Below are positions 36,740 through 49,586 of a stretch of 64,000 nucleotides of DNA, one piece after another. Source of the stretch: Hemiscyllium ocellatum (Eukaryota). Under the pieces are notes generated by a model, which was not told where the DNA came from, ran no database searches, and saw only the letters and a list, made by a program, of their open reading frames with translations. The stretch lies in assembly GCF_020745735.1 (NCBI RefSeq), contig NC_083409.1:13267259-13331258 (forward strand). The letters are read 5' to 3'. Positions within the stretch are counted from its first letter, which is position 1. Every line of letters starts with the position of its first letter. The translations under genes and the position numbers were made by a program.

Positions 36740-39700
36740 TTGAGGAACCATTCAGTCGTGTACAGGTGTGTCAAGTAGTGAGTATAATGGAGGAGGGGAT
36801 GAGAAAAAGCATGAGATCCAAAGGCAATTGGACAATTTCCAAAGTGAACTTCCTCCTACGAGGTGAACAAATTCAGAGATATTAGAGAATTCAGACACTG
36901 TATTTTTGCATCTGGAGGAAGATCAACAGAGGGACAGAGTGAGATTGCTCAGAGAATACAAAGAAGTTTGTCTGAGGAGTGGTTGGAGTTTGTCTTCGGT
37001 CTGTACTTGATGGAGTTTGGAAGGATGAGGGGCAATCTCAGTGAAACATACTGTATACTGAGAGGCCTGGATAGAGTAGACATGGAGAAGATGTTTCCAC
37101 TTGGCAGAGAGACTGAGGGCACAGCTTCAGAATGAAGGGACCATCCTTTGGAACTGAGATGAGGAGGAGATTTTTCATCCAGAGAGTGGTTAATCTGTGG
37201 ATTAATCATTGCTGCAGAATGCTGTGGAGGCCAAGTCATTGAGTGTATTTAAGACAGAGATAGATGGATTCTTGATTGGTAAAGGGATCAAGGGTAATGG
37301 AGAAAAGGCAGGAGATGGGGTTGACAAACAAATCAATTATGATCGAATGGCAGAGCAGACGTGATGGGCCGAATGGCCTAACTCTACACTGATACATGGT
37401 CTTTAAAAGATACACATAGGTGTCCCAGATTAATCGAACATGATGTGGATGTAGGTTATTCAGACCCAATAAAACAAAATCCATTTTGATTAAAACCAGA
37501 GAAACAAGTCAAAGTAACAAATGAAGCTCAATACTTGTTGGAGAATCAATTGATTGAATTGTCAGCGTAATTGGAGTTCTCTTGTGTAGGATTGAGCAAA
37601 AGTCATGATCATTTAAAACCCTGGATTTTTTGTAAAAAATGGCTGCCTGGAACTATTGTTCTGCCTGGAATTCCAGTTCACACCTCAACTCTGAAAGGGA
37701 CACCAACCAGAACACATTCTCTTGACTGAAACTAACTTTTACAACCTCGGCCTACTAACACACACTACCAACAAGCAGCTTTAGAACCAAGAACAACAGA
37801 GGCCAAACACAGAAGCTGAATCCAGACACCAAACCAAGAGCATCATCGTAACAAAGGACACCCAAGAGCGGGAACACCAACCAAACGCTATCTGAACAAG
37901 AGCTTCCAGACACAGGCCTGTTCTGAATAAACACAGAGATTCTTTTGCCCTGAAACACCTGTCTATTGCCTTCTTAATTTCACAGTTTTAAATCAGCCCA
38001 TTTGTGGAACCAGGGATCTGGGGATGATTCAAACCACCTAAAAATCAGCAAATTACTGATCACAAACAAGAGAGGGTCCCCTGATTGAACTGTTAAGAGT
38101 AGTTGGAGTTCTCTTGTTTGGTGACTCAGCCAGATGTTTCAATTCGATTCTGTGTACACTATAGGAAAGTGAATGTAGTCACAAAGATGGATTTGTATCC
38201 TATTCCCAGGTCAGAAGATTGCATTGAAATGGTGGGTAGTGTGTCATTCCTATTGAAAATTGATTGGATGAAAGTATATTGACAAGTATCGCTGACAAAA
38301 GCTGACAAGGAAAATTCTGCCTTTGCTGCATTCTGGATCTTTGTACACAAAGGAAAACTCAAATCCATTTGAAACATGTTGGGACGTCAGGGTATAGACT
38401 GAGGGCAGAACTGAAGAAAATTAGTTTTATTCGGGAAATGGTTTTGGAAAATTTATGGGATTAAAGTTTGATAAATCCGCAGGGACCAATAACCTGCATT
38501 TCAGATTACTTCAGGAATTGCCCAAAAATTTTGGGAACATTGGTGTTCAAGATTCTATTGATTCTGGAACTTTCCCAGTGACTGGAGAGTTGCGAATGTA
38601 ACATCACTGTTTAAAATGGGAGGGAGAGAGAAAAGTGGGCAACCTGGACCAGTCAGCCTGGCATTGGTATTGGGAAAAATAGTCAAGTTCGTTGTGAAAG
38701 ATTTAATCACTGGGCACGTGGAAGACAGTGATAGGATTAGACAGAGTCAGCATGGTTTGTGGAAAGGGAAATCATGCAGAACAAATTGACTGGAATTGTT
38801 CGAGGATGGAATGAGCAGATTTGACAAGGGGGAGCCAACGGATGTGGTTTATCTGGAACCTTCAGAAGGCTTTTAAACAGTCCCACAGTAGAAATTAGCG
38901 AGTAAAAGTAAGACTCAATGGACTGGGGCAGTGTACTGACATGGATAGAGAAGTGGTTGGCAGGCTGGAAACAAAGAGTAAAAAAAAAACAGACCTTTTC
39001 AGAAAAAGGTCTGTTTTTTTTACTCTTTGTTTCCAGCCTGCCAACCACTTCTCTATTCATGTCAGTAATGTTCATATTTGTTCATGGTTTAGATGAGGGA
39101 ACTTAAGAGTAATATCTCCAATTTGCAGATGACACAAAGCTGGGTGGGAGGGGGAGCAGTGAAGAAGATGCAGAGATGCCTGTGTCCGTGTATACCAGTC
39201 ACTGAAAGTCAGCGTGTAGGTGCAGCAGGCAGTGCAGAAGGTAAATGATATGTTACCTTTATAGTGAGAGAATTTGCGTACAGGAACAGGGATGTCTTGC
39301 TGTAATTGTATGGGGCCTTAGTGAGTCCACTCCTGAATATTCAAACCAAAACTGGTTCAGTGACAGGAGACAGAGGGTGGAGGCAGAAATTTGTTTATGT
39401 GACTGGGCCCAGTGTGCAGTGGGATACCACAGGGATCAGTGCTGGGTCCCTTATTGTTCAGGATGTATTGAAACAATGAAGATGAGAATGTGAGAGGTGA
39501 GGGGTGGGGGTGAGTGGATGATGACTGAGTTTTTGGATGACACGAGGTTTGGCAGATGGTTGACAATGAGGAAGAAGGTCTTGGGTGACACGAGGATCTA
39601 ACTGGATTGGTCAGATGGGCAGATCAGAGTCAGATGGAACTTACCCCTGATAAATGTGAGGTGATGAACTTTGGACAATGTAACAGGTGAATAAAGTATT

Positions 39701-40850
39701 GATGAAATCATATGGGACACTTGCCTTTATCATTTCAGTTATAGATGAGAAGACCAGGGAAGATATGTTGGAGCTATTCAGAATTTTTGTTAGGCCACAG
39801 CTGGAGTACTGTGTGCAGTTCTGGTCACCACGCAATCGGAAGGATGGGATTGTATTGGAGGGGGTGCAGAGAATAGTCACCAGGATGTTGCTTGGGATGA
39901 AGCATTTCAGCGATGAAGAGAGGCTGGATAAACTCGGGTTGTTTTCTTTGAAGCAGAGAAGGTTGAGAGGACCTGATAGAGGTGTAAACGGCTATGAGGG
40001 GAATGGACACAATGAATAGAAAGCAGTTGTTCCTCTTCTTCGGAGTTGGCACACATTCACTGTGAAAGACAGGAGCTTCATAGGGGATTTGAAGAGGAGA
40101 TTTTCACCCAGAGGGTGGTGGGGGTCTGGTTTGCATTGTCTGGGCTGGTAGTTGAGGAGGACTTTTAAAAGTACTTGGATTAACCCTTGAAATATCATAA
40201 CATTTAAAGCTATGGGCCTTGTGTTGGAAATTTGGATGAATGCAGGTTTACTGTAGTTTGGATGGTACAGGTACAATGGGTCGAAGGGCCTCTTCTGTAC
40301 TGTGCGATTTTACGATTGTATTGTGTGCAGTTTTGGTCTACTTATCTGAGGAAAGATGTTCTGGCTGTGGAGGGAGGGCAGCGAAGGTTTACCAGGCTGA
40401 CTCCTGGGATGACAGCAATTAGACTTAGATCTGATGAGAAACTGGATCAGTTAGGATTATATTCACTGGAGGTTAGAAGATTATGGGGAGTCACACTGAA
40501 AACTCTAGAATCCTAACAGGACAAGACAGGATGTTCCTGATGATGAAGGAGTCCAGAATCAAGGATTAAAGTTTAAGGATACGGGAAAGGACATTTAGAG
40601 CTGAGATGGAGAGAAATATTTTCATTCTACAGGAAGCCTGTAGACGTTTCTGTCACTGAAAGCAGTTCAGCTCAAACCACTGAATGTTTTCCAGAAAGGG
40701 CACAATACAGTTCTTAGAATGAAAGGGATCAAAGGTTATGGGGATGAAGCAGGAACAGGCAACTGAGTTGGATGATCAGCCATGATCATATTGAATGGCA
40801 GAACAGGCTCGAAGGGCTGAATGGCCTATTCCTGCTCCGAGTTTCACTGT
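36740..40850 (+). mobile_element. Several CR1 fragments, with a possible LTR-like segment at ~37450-38160
   Basis: CR1 RT and 3' UTR motifs at 36740-37400 and 38380-40850; the LTR call is compositional only. Confidence 0.65.
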
Positions 40851-41459
40851 TTGAGAGATTGTTCATCAACGTGAAACCATATTGAATAAGAGAAAAAACA
40901 TTTGCCTTGGGTTAGGAATTAGTTTGGAGATAGGAGACAGAGTGAGGGAATAATGTGTGTGTCCTCCAATGAGCAAGAGGTGAATAGTGGTGTGCCCAGG
41001 GATCCGTCCTGGGACTTTAGCATTTCATAATATTTCTGAATGACTTGGATGAAGGAATAGAGAGCCATATATCCAAGATTGCAGACCACACTGAGTGAGG
41101 CAGCTAGGAGGAGGTGACAGAGATGGGGAGGGTCGATGGACAGGGAGGGACTTCAGAACAAGGACGAGAATTTGAAAATCGAGGTGTTATTGGACCGGGA
41201 GCCAATGTCGCTAAGTGAGGACAGTGGGGGATGGGGATGGGATTTGTTGCGAGTTCGGATTCGGGCAGCAGAGTTTTGGTGTGAGCTGAAGATTACAGAG
41301 GGCAGTGGCTGTGATGTGGCCCAAGACAACATTAGAATGGTCATGTTTGGAGTCCCAAAGCAACGAGTGGGACTTTCAGTGAGTGATCTCTGTGCTGTGG
41401 AGGATTTGGGGCTCAGATCAGCCTCAAAGATGAGGCCAAGATTTTAAGGAATCTGGTAT

Positions 41460-41680
41460 GAAATAAAAGCCGAAAAAGCTGCAGATGCTGCAAATGAGGA
41501 ACAAAAACAGAAATTGCTGGAAAAGCTCGGCAGGTCTGGCACCATCTGTGGAGAGAAAGCAGAGTTAAAATTTTGGGACGTGAACCTTCTCAGAACTGTT
41601 CTGAGGAAGGGTCACTCGACCTGAAAGGTTAACTCTGATTTCTTTCCCCAGATGCTGCCAGACCTGCTGAGGTATTCTGT
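41460..41680. mobile_element. Penelope-derived inverted-repeat element
   Basis: GCAGGTCTGGCACCATCTG arm and CAGATGCTGCCAGACCTGC arm; degenerate core CTGAGGA-A-GGGTC-ACTC-GACCT-GAAA. Confidence 0.7.
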
Positions 41681-41681
41681 T

Positions 41682-42035
41682 TTTGTAAAGAGTCTGGTTG
41701 AGCAGCAGACAGTGCTCAGGGAGAGGGATGGAGGTTGTACCGGGACCTGAAGGGGATGGCTTTGATCTTCCCAATGTGTTTCCCAGTGAGCCTGGCTACT
41801 CAGTCCTGACTGCTCTTAGCTGCTGTGATTGTCACTGATTGGACACTTATTATTAGAGATTCTGACCACAGCAGAAAGCCCCAGTGTAAAAAATAACTGC
41901 AAAGGCTGTCAGATCGCAAGGTTGAAACTTCACCAAGTGAGGAAGTGAAAGAAGGAGCTCGGAGCAGCTGCACATTTGTTACTGAGACGGGAGAAAACTG
42001 TGAACTGTCTGCACTCCCTGGAATCTGACAGCACA
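41682..42035 (+). promoter_or_regulatory. Unique element with EICE, E-box and CCAAT, copy B (inverted paralog of 20422-20773)
   Basis: GAGGAAGTGAAA 41939-41950, CAGCTG 41965-41970, ATTGG 41838-41842; colinear reverse-complement identity with copy A. Confidence 0.6.
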
Positions 42036-42769
42036 TAAGAACATTAAAACCAGGAGCAGGAGCAGGCTCTCTGGCCCCTGGGGCTGCTCTGCCATTCTGT
42101 AAGATCATGGCTGATCTTTTCATGGCCTCAGCTCCCCCTTACCCACCTTTTCACCAAAACCCTTGATTCATTTACTGTTCAAAAAATTACCTAAATCAGC
42201 TTTAAAAACATTTACTGAGGAAACCTCAACGACTTCGCTGGGCAGGGAATTCCATAGATTCACCACCCTCTGGGTGAAGAAGTTCCTTCTCTATTTAGTC
42301 CTAAACCTGCACCCCCCCCCCCCCCCCCCCACCTGTGGTGTCTGTGAGTGATCCAATTATTCCCACTGCCCCCTCTCTCCCCATAACCCAGCAAATCTTT
42401 CCTTTCAGCTCGATCTCCAGCTGCCTCTTGTTGACTTGGGTCCACAGCAGAGACTGTCCCTAACCTGGGCTCCAAGCTGGCATCTCATTCATTCATTGGG
42501 AGGCAAACTGCCTGGGCTGGGAAATGGAGCTCAGGACCCTGAACATTCCCTCTCCCCTCCTGAGGGACATTTGATGCTGAGGTTTAATTCTATGGAAGTT
42601 TACAATATATGCCTACAATACACACTTCTCCATTCTGTGTGTAAAAGGCTGGAGCCTGCCAGCAGGATATTCAACTGCAGGAGCTGTCATCAATTTGACC
42701 AATTCTGACCACACCCACTCTCCGTAACCTTTCAACTAATTACTAAAATCAAATCTGTCAATCTCCTCC

Positions 42770-43110
42770 TTGGTATGAGACAGGGAAGGGGCCATTTCAT
42801 TCCAGACAATTTGGAATTTATGGAGCACAGATGGAGTAAGCTGAGAGAGGACATCAGAATGTTGGAGTTTGGAGGTGGGATGAGCAGGAATAAGAGTTTC
42901 TGTGGTCAAGGGGCTGATGTAGTGCAGAGACAAACAATGTAGTGGAGATTGAAATAAGAGACCTAGGTGATGGAGAGGAAGTGGGTTTGAAGCTCCAATA
43001 CTGGAGGGTCCAGTGGGAAAGAAGCTCAGGCTTATTGCTGTCCATTGGACATTCCAGTGGGATGGAGGCCCATGTTTCCTGATCTCTGTTGGAGGTTCCA
43101 ATTGAGTCCC
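42770..43110 (+). repeat. Inverted paralog of ~18380-18690 (L2-like relic joined to 44-bp units)
   Basis: TTTCTGTGGTCAAGGGGCTGATGTAGTGCAGAGACA matches minus-strand TTTCTGTGGTCAGGGGACTGAAGTCGTGCAGAGACA; followed by TCCAGTGGGATGGAGGCCCATGTTT units. Confidence 0.75.
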
Positions 43111-43552
43111 ATGGAATTGGAATGTTGGCATTTCTTGCAGCAATTGGAATCTTGGTATTTATTATAAAAGGACTGAATTACAGAAATAAAGAAATATTGT
43201 GACAATTCTATTAGGCATTGGTGAGGCCACATCTGAAGCATTGTGTCCAGTTGTGGTCTCCTTACTTGGTGAAGGATATGGTGGCACTGGATTCAGTTCA
43301 GAGGATGTTCACCAGACTGATTCCCCGGATGAAAGGGCTGCCATATGAGGAATGGTTGAATAGCTAGGGCTTGTACTCACTGGAATTCAGTCGCATGACG
43401 GGGAGATCTGAGTGAAGTATATAAGATGCTAAAGGAGATTGATAGGGCAAGCATTGAACAGATGTACTCTCTTGTGGGCCAGTCTCGAACAATAGGTCAT
43501 AGACATAGAGTGAGAGGAGGTATGTTTAAAACTGAGATGAGGAGAAACTACA

Positions 43553-43895
43553 GGTGACAGAGTGGTGCAGTGGTGAGCACTGCTGCCTCACAGTGCCAGG
43601 GCCCCAGGTTCGACTCCACCCTCAGGCAACTGCATGGAGTTTGCACATTCTCCCCCTGTCTGTGTGAGCTTCATCTGTGTGCTCTGATTTCCTCCCACAG
43701 TCTAATGATGTACACGTTCAGAGGATTGGCCATGCTAATTTACCCATAGTGTCCAGGAAAGTGTAGGTTAGATTCATTAGTCATGGAAAATATAGGGTTA
43801 CAGGGAAAGGTTCCAGAATGGCTCTGGGTGGAATGCTCTTTGAGGGTTGGTGTGGACTTATTGGGCTGAATGGCCTGGTTTCATACTGTATGGAA
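43553..43895 (+). mobile_element. HE1-type V-SINE
   Basis: GTGGTGCAGTGG A-box-like head, V-domain, CR1-like tail. Confidence 0.8.
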
Positions 43896-44019
43896 TCTGT
43901 TCCATTCCAACTACTTCTCGCAGAAGGTTGCGAATCTGTGGATGTCAGTGCGCACATCCATCATCTCAACACCCCCCCATCCCCACTCCCACCCCCTTCC
44001 CCACCCCCTTCCTCAAGCA

Positions 44020-44519
44020 NNNNNNNNNNNNNNNNNNNNNNNNNNNNNNNNNNNNNNNNNNNNNNNNNNNNNNNNNNNNNNNNNNNNNNNNNNNNNNNNN
44101 NNNNNNNNNNNNNNNNNNNNNNNNNNNNNNNNNNNNNNNNNNNNNNNNNNNNNNNNNNNNNNNNNNNNNNNNNNNNNNNNNNNNNNNNNNNNNNNNNNNN
44201 NNNNNNNNNNNNNNNNNNNNNNNNNNNNNNNNNNNNNNNNNNNNNNNNNNNNNNNNNNNNNNNNNNNNNNNNNNNNNNNNNNNNNNNNNNNNNNNNNNNN
44301 NNNNNNNNNNNNNNNNNNNNNNNNNNNNNNNNNNNNNNNNNNNNNNNNNNNNNNNNNNNNNNNNNNNNNNNNNNNNNNNNNNNNNNNNNNNNNNNNNNNN
44401 NNNNNNNNNNNNNNNNNNNNNNNNNNNNNNNNNNNNNNNNNNNNNNNNNNNNNNNNNNNNNNNNNNNNNNNNNNNNNNNNNNNNNNNNNNNNNNNNNNNN
44501 NNNNNNNNNNNNNNNNNNN
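44020..44519. other. Assembly gap (exactly 500 N)
   Basis: Run of N; a round size suggests a scaffolding join of unknown true length. Confidence 0.99.
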
Positions 44520-45830
44520 TCATAAATACAGTAAAGCATGGAGGATAATGCGGCAGGGTGGAGGCTATTTGTAGTTCACCCCGTTAGTGGGAGCCCCAGG
44601 ATTTAGACTGGGATCAAAGGACTCCAGCTCAGAGCATGGGAGCGTAATCGAATCCCTGTCTGGGAGATTTATTTGAGGGAGGGGTCTTGATGTTTTTTCG
44701 CCAATTAGGTCAGAAATATGGAATCCCTAATTGGGATCTTTTCCGATATTTCCAGGTTAGGGATTACATACAGAAGAAGACTACGTTCTTGACCCAGCCA
44801 AACAAGTCGGATATAGAATGAAGAGTGCTCCGATGAGGGGCACTCTTTCAGTTAGTACCTCATATCATCTGCAGAGAGGGAATGCCTTGGGGAATTGGAG
44901 AGAGTCAGGGAGATTTGGAATCAGGAGTTAAGGGAAGAATCTCATCAGAAATGTAGGAGGATAATGAGGGAATGTAAAGAAAATTTCAATCTGCAATAAG
45001 CACAAGCAATGCAATTGAAGATCCTCCCCAGGACCAAATGGAGCCAGAGAGGTTAGCAAAGTTTAAGAAAGGGTCTTCCCCGAAATGTCCCAAATGTAAA
45101 AACAGTATTGACATCCTTAACATTGCTTTTGGTCCTGTTACAAGATCTGAGGATCCGGGGGGGGGGGCATAGTGAATGAGCTGGAGACAATCCTGGGAAT
45201 GGAAGTTTGGGAGGATCTGGTGTCCCTCCTTTTGGGAACGACCGAAACTTCCCTCTTTGGGTGAGCACGGGAAGAGGTTATTCACATTCTTACACATTGT
45301 GTGAGGAAGGACATCCTAATGAATTGAATATCAGCAAAGCCTCCAGGTCTTGCAGGGTGGCACAGACTTGTGATGGAGCAGTCCCTCAAGATTACCTGAC
45401 AGTATGGGGCACCACGGAATGGAGCAATTTTATAAGACATGGCGGCCCTTTCTAATTTACATCAACATGGATCTGTCGGCAGTACTGATTAGGGCCTTTA
45501 TAGAGGCACGAGGGCTGTATGTGGTGGTCGGGGATCACGGGGATTTGTGGGTGGTCTCATAAATACGGGTATAATCACTGTTGTTCCTGTGGACAGAGCT
45601 TTGATGGAGGTGCGGCGAGAGTGGAGTCGTGTAATATAGTACAAGTAGTGCAATTTAATTTTAATGGATTGTACTTAAATTTAGTGTTATTTTATTTAAT
45701 TTGAGTTTGTGCTGATTTGTTTTAAGTTAAGCAAAATATGAGACAACTGTATCTTGAACAGTAGCCGGCGGTTTATTCACATTACTGTATTATAATATAA
45801 TGTTTTTCAATAAATATTTACTAAAAAAAG
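44520..45830 (+). mobile_element. L1/Tx1 LINE 3' end
   Basis: CPKCK...HCFWSC zinc-knuckle remnant near 45085 (frameshifted); AATAAA and A-rich tail at ~45808-45830. Confidence 0.7.
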
Positions 45831-45924
45831 AGGAACATTCGAGAAAATTAACAGACAGAAGCACCATGCAATAGAAATGATCAGGAGTGGTGAGAAAGGA
45901 GGGAGAAAAAGAGATTCCTGTAGT

Positions 45925-46015
45925 ATGAGAGAGAGAGAGAGAGAGCAAAAGAGAATGAGTTCTGAAGGGGAGAGAGAGAGAGTTCTGAATGAGAGAGAGA
46001 GAGAGAGAGAGAGTT
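45925..46015. repeat. Interrupted (GA)n microsatellites
   Basis: Three (GA)n runs. Confidence 0.9.
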
Positions 46016-46682
46016 CAGAAGAAGTTCTGAATTAGTGCAAGTGATCTCAAAAGCTGCTCAAAGTTTTCAACGTTTTCCTGAAAATCACAAATACAGTCCA
46101 TTTACATGAATAAAAATCAATTGTCCTTTCTGAAATAATTTAAACCAAAAAATAAAATCAAGACTTATAATGAAGTAAGTGCAAGTATTTAAAATCCTCA
46201 ATACTTCTGCCTTCCACTTCAGTCATGCAGATATAGTCCTCCTCACTCAGAGGGAGTATTCAGTGTCTGGTATCAGCCATTGTTCAGAGTCTCAGAGCTA
46301 ACATACACCAAACACATATCATCGCACCACTAGATATACTTTTTAAAAGGTAAACGTAGGTGTAAATACAAAACAAAATTAAATGTGCAATCTTCTTTGA
46401 ATTCAAGTCCATGCTACAGTTTGGATAAATAAATGGGATCGGGTTGTATATAAATAGGTCAGGAGAAAGGTTGGCACTTTTGGTATCCACATCCTGCCAA
46501 TCGGCTGACTCCAGTAAGGATCGATATCCCAAACCACCTACTTATTGAGGAAATTCTATGCCAGATGTCAAAACTCAATCAGAGAGAGGAGTTTAGAGGC
46601 CGAGGTGGATTCTCTCTGCTCGGGGCATGAGGTTTGGTTTTTTTTTCTGGAGTCCACAAGTTGGCCGATGGCATGGCCCATG

Positions 46683-46847
46683 TTAGGATAACATGAGTTT
46701 TAACTGTTGCCCCTGAATCTGATTCAGTACATTTATTGTGTCTTTTATCAGAGCTTCAAAAATATAATCTGCCAACTGCATCTTCACACAAAGCTCATCC
46801 TCATCATAATTCACCCATTGGGCTTCCTCCTCATAAAGCTCTTGAAC
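46683..46847 (-). CDS. CEP350: CEP350 last coding exon
   Basis: ggcag|VQELYEEEAQWVNYDEDELCVKMQLADYIFEALIKDTINVLNQIQGQQLKLMLS*; matches the CEP350 C-terminus. Confidence 0.93.
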   Translation of the reverse strand, partial: VQELYEEEAQWVNYDEDELCVKMQLADYIFEALIKDTINVLNQIQGQQLKLMLS

Positions 46848-49004
46848 CTGCCAGAAAAAAACAGAGGGGGTGTTATTGTTTTTATATCAAGATTTATTTG
46901 TTACAGCTCTTTCCTCTCGTACTGAGCAGCGTTTGCCCTGAAATCACTCAGACTTCAGGCCTCCCACTTTCCTTGTGTCCAGTATCACACAAGTGGCCAT
47001 TCCCACACAGCAAGTGGAGCTTGGACAGGAGTTCTGGAGGGCTCGCTGCGAGATCAATGGAGAGTCACTAGTTATTCTTGTACAAAACAATACCAAGTCT
47101 GAGAAGGTTAAGGACTGCCTACACAAATTAGGTCTGACCTGAATATTTCCAGCATTTTTTACTTTTATTTGATAAACGAGGCCTGCATTCTCTTGAGTAA
47201 AGATGACTAGGGGATGGATCTATAGAAGTGACTGAGATGATTAAACGATTTGACAGCGAAGGAAGTGAGAAACTAGTTCCTTTGGCGAGGCATGCCAGAA
47301 ATAGGGCATGCAGGAAAATAAGACTTAGGTTGATTAGGGGGATGATGTGAAGAAGCCTTTTGCCACACAAACAATACTAAAATAATCTGGTTCCTTCCAG
47401 CCTTAAAAACTATTGTGACTGTTACAGCATTTCAATACGAGTGTTGACAGATATTTGTAAGGTCAAATAACAGTTCGGAAAAATTAGGAGATCAATATAC
47501 AGAGGTAGATACAAATCAGCTATGATTAGGAGTACGAGAACAGACTGAAGGGTGCTGCTGGCTTAATCCTGTTCCTACCTGGTTTTGAATTTGATTCCAA
47601 TGCCACAACTCCTCAAACCAGTGAGATCAATCACCATATTGCCAGTAACATAATAAACGAGTGGAGATGTTTTACTCAGTATGCACAACCAGAAAGGAAT
47701 ACCCACCACAAGGAAAGAGCTGGTGAGTGTAACTGAATTACACGTTTTAACTTTAGGCTGGCCCTCTGCCCTGGTGTAGCTGTGGCCTGACGGTATCACT
47801 ACTTGAGCTGGTGCAGAGCAGAGACTTCCAACCCTTGCCTAATGGACGCACACTATCAGCTGGAAATGTTTGATCCAAAGAGGGAAAAAAAGCAATGATT
47901 TGAAATTCTTGGCATACCAAGCACCCAATTTTTTAAAACTTCAGTGTTGGGATGCATGTTGCCCCCCCCCCCCCCCACCCCCCGCCATTTCTCTTTGGAA
48001 AGATATTTATCCTGAAGTGCTGCAGCCTGCGTGTTGAAGGTACTCCCACAGCACTGCAAGCTCAGGGATTCCAGGAGATTAACCATGTAAATATAAAAGG
48101 AAAGGTGATATCTGACCAAGTCAAGGTGGTGGTGTGGCCTGAAGATAACGGTGTTCTTACAGACCCTGTTAAACTCATCAATCTGCTGACACATGTTGTG
48201 CTGTGACACACCAACACATGGGGAGGACTGGAAAGGTCTGCAAAAACTGTCTTTTGATTTTGGACTCAAATGGGGATAAAGCAATTTTAAACCCCAAGGA
48301 TTGTTCAGGGATTGCTGGCACTTTTCAGTAGCAAGTTCCCTGACACACACTAAGTGCTACTCACTTTCAAACAAGCTCCAGCCAAGGGCTGTGTTCAATG
48401 GGAGCTTCAGTCAATAGTAAGTAGCTAACTAGTCACTAGGCCACAGACAAATGGAGATTGTCTCCCAGATAACTGTTCAGCTGGGGCTGTATACAAGTGA
48501 ATTGAGAAATCACCAGATCTCCACAAGTTGAGGATCTGTCTCCGCAGTGAAAAGTCTGAAGAAAACCAGCTTCTTTTCCCTTCAGCACTTGCTGTAAGCT
48601 GTGGCTATTAATTGATAAGTTACAGACTTGTACACGTGTGAACTAGTCACCCTGTGCCTCCTGAAAACAAATGGAAGCATCTGGAGAAGGAAGATCAAGG
48701 AACAGCATTCTGATCAGCACAAGGATTATCTCAAGAAAAGCGATCAATAGGTACCATGGAAGTACGTTCCCAGTCTTTCTCTTTATGCAAAACACCCAGT
48801 GCACTTTGTCCCTGTGTTTCTATCTGTGTATGTGTAATGAGGAATGCATGTGGGAGGGGTTGTTAGTTTTAGTTAGTAGTTATATGCCAGTGGTTGGTAA
48901 TTATTTGCATTTTTTGTAACAAACTGTAACTCTTGTTAAGCAAAGAACCCTGACTGTACTTTCTGTAAAACTGGGTCTAAAAGACAGGTAAGTGAGGAAC
49001 TAAA

Positions 49005-49142
49005 AGAGAAAATGCTGGACAACCTCAGCAGGTCTGGCAGCATCTGTAAGGAGAGAAAAGAGCTGACATTTCGAGTCTAACTGACTCTTTTCTCTCCTTA
49101 CAGATGCTGCCAGACCTACTGAGATTTTCCAGCATTTTCTCT
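49005..49142. mobile_element. Penelope-derived near-perfect hairpin in a CEP350 intron
   Basis: 58-bp arms (49005-49062 and 49085-49142) with 3 mismatches. Confidence 0.85.
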
Positions 49143-49463
49143 TCTGGTTTCAGATTCCTGCATCTGCAGTAATTTGCTTTCATTAGGTGAGTGAGGAATT
49201 CAATGTACTTCTGAATTTCTTTGAAACTTTTGTGGCAACTAATGAATTTCAGCAAATTACTCCAGTGAGGGCCAAGTTTTCAATTCAGTCAGAAAGTTGA
49301 AGCATTTTCTGGACAAATGCAGGATAGCCAGACAGGTCAGCCAAAGACAGATAAAGCCTTTGTCATTTAAAATAATAGAAAATTCAGATGTACAATGAGG
49401 TTTCGTAATTGTGATACAATGGTACAATATAAAACTGAACAGTTCCTAAACTGAAGCACCTAC

Positions 49464-49586
49464 CAAAATATGGTCCACCCGATCACGTTGTTTGGTGCCA
49501 AATTTCTTCAACTTCTGCCAAGTCGTCTTCTGATGTTGCTCTTCATTCAACCCAAATAACTTCAAAACTTCATTAGAAATGAAGAT
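49464..49586 (-). CDS. CEP350: CEP350 penultimate coding exon
   Basis: cag|IFISNEVLKLFGLNEEQHQKTTWQKLKKFGTKQRDRVDHIL|gtaggt; 123 nt, phase 0-0. Confidence 0.92.

Noticed and set aside
43818-44574. Long ORFs of 185-235 aa
   Set aside because: Artefacts of translating the N gap
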